From Thraustochytrium aureum (lineage: Eukaryota), in contig BLSG01000402.1 of the NCBI GenBank assembly GCA_012862495.1, positions 112,146-135,474 on the forward strand: a stretch of DNA of 23,329 nucleotides, given 5' to 3'. The translations under genes were made by a program, and so were the position numbers. The notes under the pieces were generated by a model, which saw nothing but the letters and a program-made list of their open reading frames with translations, was not told the origin of the DNA and did no database searches. Numbering within the stretch: position 1 is the first letter of the stretch; every line of letters begins with the position of its first letter. Below, piece after piece: positions 17,374 through 23,329 of this stretch.

Positions 17374-19797
17374 CTATGCGTCCTCACGCGGCGTCCCACC
17401 CAGCTTGGGGCGGGACTGCATCTCGTCAGGGACCGCCTCAAAGCGCTTCATGATCGGAGATTTGCGCCCTTTGACGGGCAGATCGGCCTTGCTTTCCTTC
17501 GATTCCCGGATCGCTGGGTAAGCAAACAGCAGCAACTGCTCGCCTCGATGCTCGCCGGTTTTCGCACTCCGCTCACGCAGGGCCGGATGCTCGTCGCTGT
17601 CGCCTTCTGGAGCAATGTCCTCGCCCTCCTCTGCAGGGGCCTCGTTAGCGCCGCCTTCACCCTGCTTGGCTTCCTCGCGCGCTAGGGCTCGGTCCACCTC
17701 CTCCCCCCCTCGCCGCAAGAGCTTCACGATGTAAACGAGCTGCTTGCGCTCTTGCTCTGCGATCGGCGAGGCGTCTTGCGCGAGCTGGCCGAGGTAGTCG
17801 ACGTGGTCGACATCTGTCCCGATGCCGCCCTCGAGGACCTCGCGAACTTGCGCGTTTCGCAGGGCCGCAAAGAGAATCCCGACCAGGTACGAGTGGAGGT
17901 ACGCGTGCTCCTCCTGAGCCAGCGCGGCCTCCATCGCCCGCACGCAAGCCTCACCGCTGTCGCCGATTCTATCGGCGCAGTCGCCTTCCAAAAGCAGGTT
18001 GAGCAGCAGCGCAGCCACGTGCTCGTTCGCGAAACGCGTCCGCGCCCCCGGCTCGGCCAGCATTTCGAAAAGGAATCCCAGCGAGTCGATCGCCCCCGAA
18101 ATCTCGCGCACGAAGGCCGCGCTCAAGCTCAGCTTTTGCAAGCATCCAAGCGAGGTCTCCAAAAAGGTGTTGCCCTTCGACCCAAAGTGCCACTGGTTCT
18201 TCCCGAGCACCTCCAGCGTCCAATTGACCAGCTCGCTGGCGATTCGAGAAGCGTAAACGCGAGCTGCAGAGCTCGACAGAAAGTAGTTGAGAAATCGGAT
18301 CGCATACTCCTTGATCAGCTCCGACGGCGAGGCCAGCAGGGCAAGAGCAAGCGGGCTCGCTGGAATGCCGGCGCCGCCGCCCCCACTCTCGCTTTCGCCA
18401 AGGTCCAGGCCCAGGATATCGTTGTCAATCATGACCTGGATTACGTGCATGCGCTGCGCCCACGGCGGGGTGCGGCTGATGCGCCAGCGCAGAGCCTGCA
18501 AGATCAGGCACGCTTGCCGCTCAGCGACCGGGTCCGTTTCCGCGAGCACACCGAGCTGCTTCAGGTCGCTCTTAATTGTGGAATAGTCCAGGGGCGCTAG
18601 GACGGGGGTTTCGACCATCTGCTGGAAGCCGGCAATTTGACGGGGGCTCTTTGGCGACCGCAGTTGTACGCTGGGCTTGACGGGCTCGAGTTGCGTCTCG
18701 ATGGACAGCGACGCGCGCTCCTCGCTCTCCTCGCTCTCCTCGCGCTCCTCGCGCTCCTTGCCTTCAGCGGTCGGCAGGTATTTTCCAGGTTGGTCGACGT
18801 GATCCCATGCAGAGTCGTGGAGCTTGGATTCCGCCGGGCGGTCCGAGATCTTCGACTCGGCGAAAAGCTCCAATCCTGGGTCTTCGAAGGGCTCCGGCGA
18901 TCCGCGCTCCAAGGCGTCCATGTGCTTGGACAGAGCGTCGAGGCGGAGCAGCAACGTAGACATGAGCTTGTCGGGGACTTGGTGTTCGGCAGCGCGGCCG
19001 CCGGCCCGGCGCGCGCGGTCTAGAAGCTGTGCCGCTTCCACGGCTGTCGCGTACAGGCTCTTCACAAAACGCAGGTCCGGGGCAGCGTGCACGGCGGCGA
19101 GCGGCTCGGACTGCTTGTCCTCGCCATTGGGATCTATGCGCACCCTGGTGCCATCAAACAAAGAGCACAGCGACGGCTGCTTCGCTTGGCCAACTGTGGC
19201 GTCCAGAAAAGCGCCGACGCGCCGCTCGAGGTCCTCCAGCCGCTCGAGCGCCAAGAGGTCGCCAAACGTTGGATGGGCGGCTGGATCCGAGCAGAGCGGA
19301 AGCGCAAACATCCCGCATCGCTCCCGGTCGTTTGACAAAACTTTGCCGCGCGACTCAAAGTACCGCTTCAGGGCGACCATCCGCCGTTTCGTGTCAAGCG
19401 CGCGAGCCTCCTTGGCATCTTGCCGACTTCGGCGCGCTCTCGTGCCGCCGGCCTCGCCTTCGCCACCCCGCTCTGCGAGGCGCTGCGCTTCCCCGAGAGG
19501 AAACACTGCCAAGAGCACCCTCGCGTCAAACTCGAGTTGGCGCCCGAGGTCCCTATCGCGCTCTTTCTGCGGGACGCGCGTCTCCCAGAGGCTCAAGAAC
19601 CGCTCGTCGTCCCCACGCGCGAGCGCTTCCAGCACCAAGTCTTTGACGCACCTCGCGCCGCGTCCAGTTCGCTCTCGCTTTCGCGCAAGTCTCCGTTGCG
19701 CTTGCTCGGCCGCGAGGCACTCGGCCGTGTGGACAAACTCGTAGTGCTCCAGGTACTCGAGAATAGCGGCTTGCACGGCGCCTTCCTGGTCGTCCAT
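17374..19797 (-). CDS. ARMC9: LisH domain-containing protein ARMC9 (ciliary), ~807 aa, single exon as read
   Basis: N-terminal LisH (VQAAILEYLEHYEFVHTAECLAAE), LEFDARVLLAVFPL and FALP..SDPAAHPTF. Family-typical LDYSTIKSDL...ILQALRWRIS...IDNDILG, LQKLSL and AALLLNL, and C-terminal SRPKLGGTP. Confidence 0.85.
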   Translation of the reverse strand: MDDQEGAVQAAILEYLEHYEFVHTAECLAAEQAQRRLARKRERTGRGARCVKDLVLEALARGDDERFLSLWETRVPQKERDRDLGRQLEFDARVLLAVFPLGEAQRLAERGGEGEAGGTRARRSRQDAKEARALDTKRRMVALKRYFESRGKVLSNDRERCGMFALPLCSDPAAHPTFGDLLALERLEDLERRVGAFLDATVGQAKQPSLCSLFDGTRVRIDPNGEDKQSEPLAAVHAAPDLRFVKSLYATAVEAAQLLDRARRAGGRAAEHQVPDKLMSTLLLRLDALSKHMDALERGSPEPFEDPGLELFAESKISDRPAESKLHDSAWDHVDQPGKYLPTAEGKEREEREESEESEERASLSIETQLEPVKPSVQLRSPKSPRQIAGFQQMVETPVLAPLDYSTIKSDLKQLGVLAETDPVAERQACLILQALRWRISRTPPWAQRMHVIQVMIDNDILGLDLGESESGGGGAGIPASPLALALLASPSELIKEYAIRFLNYFLSSSAARVYASRIASELVNWTLEVLGKNQWHFGSKGNTFLETSLGCLQKLSLSAAFVREISGAIDSLGFLFEMLAEPGARTRFANEHVAALLLNLLLEGDCADRIGDSGEACVRAMEAALAQEEHAYLHSYLVGILFAALRNAQVREVLEGGIGTDVDHVDYLGQLAQDASPIAEQERKQLVYIVKLLRRGGEEVDRALAREEAKQGEGGANEAPAEEGEDIAPEGDSDEHPALRERSAKTGEHRGEQLLLFAYPAIRESKESKADLPVKGRKSPIMKRFEAVPDEMQSRPKLGGTPREDA

Positions 19798-19871
19798 CGG
19801 TACCTCGCGTCCCCGAGCGCGTGGGCGCACGAACGCCCTGTCGTGGCCTCCTTGGCCTGCTGCCCGCCGCA

Positions 19872-19893
19872 ACGCACGCACGCACGCACGCAC
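19872..19893. repeat. (ACGC)5 microsatellite upstream of ARMC9
   Basis: Read directly. On the minus strand it begins CAG|GTGCGT, possibly a 5'UTR intron donor. Confidence 0.85.
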
Positions 19894-20634
19894 CTGGTGG
19901 CTTCGGCCTGAGTGCCTGCCTGCGTGTCTGTCGCGAATGGGCGTCTGCGAGTCCCGGAAGACCGTTACGGAGCTCCGTCAACCGAGGGACGAACAAGCCG
20001 AACGAGCTTCGAGCGCGGCCAGGGCAGCGACGGCCTGCCTGCGCGCGCGCTCCGGGAAGGCGAGACGTGGCCTGTGAAGCTGGTCCGTTGGTCCGACGGT
20101 GGATGTCGGCTACTAGAAGTGATTGGCCCGGGTTTGGGTTTTCGCAGAGTTGTGCAATGCGTCGGCCGGCGATGCGTCCTGCGCCGGACGACGGCCGCCT
20201 TGCCTTTGCTTCGCAGTGAAACCCGCAGGAGGTTGGTTCGCTCTGGCGCGCTGCTCTTGTTGCACGACGCGGTCGGTGGCCCGACTCAAGTTGCCTTACG
20301 ACTCTTTCCTTCGTCTCGTCGCCACTCACTCGTAAGCCTGCCCACGGAGGGCGCCGCATCGACGGGCGTCTCGCGCGAGCTTGCCACGTGCAGGCGCGAG
20401 CAACGGCGGCTGCAGCGTGAAGATGCCAGGCAGCAAAGGAACGCCGACCACGAAGAGCAAGCACGAGCGACTCTGTCGTCATGTCGCCCCACGAATCGCC
20501 GGTGTTCGTTGGCAATCTCTGAGTACCCAAACGTCTCCTCCGCATAGACACCGATCGACCACTGCCCTGCGTCAGCAAGCAAGCACGAACCCGCCAGCGT
20601 CGGCGTTGCGCAGGGCGGCCGGGCCCGAATCAGA

Positions 20635-21312
20635 ATGGGCGCCGACGATTCTGCCGCCGCAGACGACGCCTTGGGTCTGACAAACTGCGACGCGGGCTCG
20701 AAGCGCGGCGCGAACGACGATGGTTTGGCCTCGGACGCTCGCGAGTCTGCCGTCGGGCCAACGGGCCTTGCGGGCAGCGTCGCGCGGAGGCAAATGGAGG
20801 AGCTGTGGGCCATGGAAGCCACGCGTAAAGAAGCGCAATGGAGACGCAGGGAGCAGGTGAGTCAGTCGATGGAGGTTCAAGCCGCGCGAGCAACCTCGCC
20901 GTTCGCGAGGTAGGTTTGGGCTGACGACGACGACGACGACGACCGCAGGCGTTGGCTTCGCAGGTGCTGCAGCTTGAGGGCGCGTTGGACGGGGAACGCA
21001 AGGAGCACGCAGAGACCCGGGCGGTCGTTGAGCGCTTGGCTCGAGAGCACGAGGAAGAGTGAGTCCAGTGAGGTTGGGACGAGTTTTGGTGTGCGGCCGC
21101 TGACCCGCGTGTGGCGATCTGGGCTTGCCCGTAGACGCGCTGCGCTGCACGAGCAGCTCGCCGACGCGCGCCTCGCAGCAGAGCGCGAAGCAGCCTCCTT
21201 CGCCGCCGCCGAGGCCAAGCTCAAAGCTTCCCTTGCGCAAGCCAAGCATCGAGCCGAGCTCTTGGAGCTGCGGATCGCCCAGGACCAGTACATCGCGAGG
21301 CGCGCACGGTAG
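20635..21312 (+). CDS. Hypothetical coiled-coil protein, 3 exons, ~169 aa
   Basis: Exons 20635-20856, 20949-21058 and 21135-21312. Introns 20857-20948 (GTGAGT..CTGAC..GCAG, contains a GAC repeat) and 21059-21134 (GTGAGT..CTGAC..GTAG) keep the frame: ...RREQ-ALASQVLQLEGALDGERKEHAETRAVVERLAREHEE-ERAALHEQLADARLAAERE.... The 5' end is uncertain. Confidence 0.75.
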
Positions 21313-21498
21313 GCCGGGAGGGCGGCAGGCGGCCCGAGCCGGCCGCGGGCATCGTTGCGAGGTCAAGGCAGTGGCGGGGTCTTGCGCTCGACGGCCTCCG
21401 TCCGCCCTCCAAAGGCGAGGTGCAGCGAGAATCGCTGGCTGCCCAGGCGCTCTTGTGCGGCAGAGCGGCTCGGGCGTTGGGGGACTGCCAGGGAGACA

Positions 21499-23329
21499 AT
21501 GACGACGCACTACGTGGGCTGGCGCGACTGGGCCGAGTGGGCAGAGGTGAGCGAGGCGCTGTTCCCGGGGTCGGCCGCGCACGGGGCCGAGGGCGGCGCC
21601 CGCTCTGGCCCTCGGAAAGGCCTTTTGGAGCCCTGCACGCCAGGGTCGCCCAGGCTGCTTCAGGCGCATGTCAACGAAATCGGCGATGCTCTGCAGCGCT
21701 GGAGGGGCGCCGTAGTGCTGATGAGGACCTGGCGCGCCAAGCAGGCCTCGATGCCTGCCATGGTGGAGACGACCTGGACGCTGCTGCAAGCGACGCTTTT
21801 GGACTGGGACAACGACCTTGGGCAGCGCGAGCGGGCGGGCGTGGCGGACGTCTATGCCGTACAGCTTGCTTACGCAATGGCTGTGATCCGCATGGTCAAT
21901 GCTGTGGTTGACGACATGCAAAAGGGCGCCTTTGCGCAGTCCATCCTCGACCTGGGAGAAAGGGCTGGCTTGCCGCGGTGGGTGGTGGAGCTCCGCCACG
22001 AGGCCACGCACGGGGCGAGCTTGCCGTCGCTCCAGATGCTGCGCCTCGCCGTCGACAGCCTGTTCGAGTGGGTGCGCGGGAAGTACTGGGGGCCGCAGGG
22101 GCGAGAAGCGTTCGCGTCGCACAAGACGATGTCGCGGTCCGACGCTGCTTGTGACGCTGGCGTCCAGAAGCTAGCCGAGCTCGTGCTAGGCGGGGGGAGC
22201 ACCGACGAAGCGGATGATTGTGTCGACCGCATCGCCGCGGAGGTCCCGCCCAAGCTGCTGCGGGACTGTCTTGTTCCGCGTTTTGTTTCGCTGCTGACGA
22301 GCCCGCGGAACGGCTCGGTGCCGGGCCCGCACAACCCTTTGGCCTTCCACCGCTGGGAGCGTGTGCTCGCCGGGTTTGACGACGCGTACTCTGGATTCAC
22401 GCCGGCCATTCTGGACGAGCTATGTACTGCTGCATGCGATGTGCCCCGGAGGATCGCACTTGCCGCCGAGCAGGCAGCCCACGTCGGGCCCGGCCCAACC
22501 TCGTCTTCCGGCGTGGCCATGGGCCGAGTTAGCAAGCGCCAACGGCGGGAGAGCGAAGCAGCGAAGGGCGAGGTGCGCGGCGCCGCAGAGGCCTCTTCGC
22601 CACTGGTTGTAGTCGAGGAGCAGCGCGCGGCGCAGACGATCGCGTGGATTAAGTACTTTGTCAGCCGCAGGTGGCACTCGCTCGGCGACGAGGCGCTGGC
22701 CATCTACGAGCGCAGTTCTCGGTCCCGCTCCCCGTCCAAAACGAGCAAGTCCAAGGATTCGGGCCCCGTGAATCTCGCTGTGTTGCACCCGTCCAACTGG
22801 ACAAAGGCGCAGGCAGCCTGGATTCTTGGGGCGGCGCCGCCCAATATGCACAGCGCTGCAGTCCTTCTCCGCGCGCTTCGCCGGGCTTTCGCAGACCCCC
22901 ACCCGTGGGCGCAGCGGGTAGTCGCTGGCGTTCTTCCGGCGCTCTGCATAAACGCGACCGGCGTGGCTCTCGGCACGGCCACAGAACTGATCCGCTCCAA
23001 GCTCGGCGTCACAAACGGGCTCGCGGCGGCTCGGACAGACGTGGTTGCCATCGAAGACCTCGAAGCCTTTTGCGGCGGCGGGGTCACGCAGGCAGGGCCG
23101 TGGCGCTCAGTACTCCATTGGCATCCTTGTCCGATTGGCGAGGTTGGCGAAGAAGACTCCGAGAACCTAGAGACCAGTCGCCGGGGCCAGACACTGGAAG
23201 GCGATGACGAGTCGTCTTCAGGGGATTCCGCAGCGAGCGAAGCTGAGGACGACGCCATTATTGAGGAAGCGCCCTTTTGCGACGAAGCCGTCGCCGCGGC
23301 TGCCGCGAAGCAAGCCCAGCTTCTGTTTT
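21499..23329 (+). CDS. LAS1: Las1-like HEPN endoribonuclease (pre-rRNA ITS2 processing), 3' end just beyond the window
   Basis: My translation from ATG 21499 is open to the window end: YVGWRDWAEWAEVSEALF, QLAYAMAVIRMVNAVVD..QKG.FAQSI, GLPRWVVELRHEATHG.SLPSL..LR, EWVRGKYWGPQ. HEPN RxxxxH motif at 21994-22011; C-terminal WRSVLHWHPCPIG. Confidence 0.93.
   Translation, partial: MTTHYVGWRDWAEWAEVSEALFPGSAAHGAEGGARSGPRKGLLEPCTPGSPRLLQAHVNEIGDALQRWRGAVVLMRTWRAKQASMPAMVETTWTLLQATLLDWDNDLGQRERAGVADVYAVQLAYAMAVIRMVNAVVDDMQKGAFAQSILDLGERAGLPRWVVELRHEATHGASLPSLQMLRLAVDSLFEWVRGKYWGPQGREAFASHKTMSRSDAACDAGVQKLAELVLGGGSTDEADDCVDRIAAEVPPKLLRDCLVPRFVSLLTSPRNGSVPGPHNPLAFHRWERVLAGFDDAYSGFTPAILDELCTAACDVPRRIALAAEQAAHVGPGPTSSSGVAMGRVSKRQRRESEAAKGEVRGAAEASSPLVVVEEQRAAQTIAWIKYFVSRRWHSLGDEALAIYERSSRSRSPSKTSKSKDSGPVNLAVLHPSNWTKAQAAWILGAAPPNMHSAAVLLRALRRAFADPHPWAQRVVAGVLPALCINATGVALGTATELIRSKLGVTNGLAAARTDVVAIEDLEAFCGGGVTQAGPWRSVLHWHPCPIGEVGEEDSENLETSRRGQTLEGDDESSSGDSAASEAEDDAIIEEAPFCDEAVAAAAAKQAQLLF

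Noticed and set aside
18713..18756. 9-bp tandem repeat
   Set aside because: It lies within ARMC9 and simply encodes a low-complexity linker (KEREERE ESEESEER).
21994..22011. HEPN toxin or Cas13-like defence nuclease
   Set aside because: The surrounding sequence is diagnostic of eukaryotic Las1.
17752..22902. Long antisense or alternate-frame ORFs (e.g. 17752-18600, 18824-19744, 20572-22122, 21870-22703; likewise 7953-9086 and 14229-15689)
   Set aside because: They are shadows of real genes caused by high GC3 and carry no motifs of their own.

Overview
A GC-rich eukaryotic scaffold, not a prokaryotic one: short GT-AG introns (68-134 nt) with CTRAC branch points, microsatellite-rich intergenic DNA and four N-gaps. 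A flagellated heterotrophic protist is likely, because ARMC9 is present; a stramenopile such as a labyrinthulomycete is only my inference. Genes from left to right: a degenerate TFIIS-central-domain protein; a stand-alone CoA-acylating aldehyde dehydrogenase of SauS type (5' half in a gap); a secreted, probably GPI-anchored, bacterial-type reprolysin (M12B) metallopeptidase with one intron; a PhaA/AtoB/ACAT2-type thiolase with one intron, converging on HSD17B10 with two introns; a small orphan membrane protein; a bacterial-type MFS transporter; a 2xFN3-WCPPC thioredoxin (nucleoredoxin/tryparedoxin-like) fusion split by a one-base frameshift; ARMC9; a three-exon coiled-coil orphan; and LAS1, which runs off the right edge and is missing from the ORF track. 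The most interesting signal is the left ~15.5 kb, where several bacterial-looking genes sit in eukaryotic context and three acyl-CoA enzymes lie close together. Family assignments come from recognised motifs only; no database searches were run.
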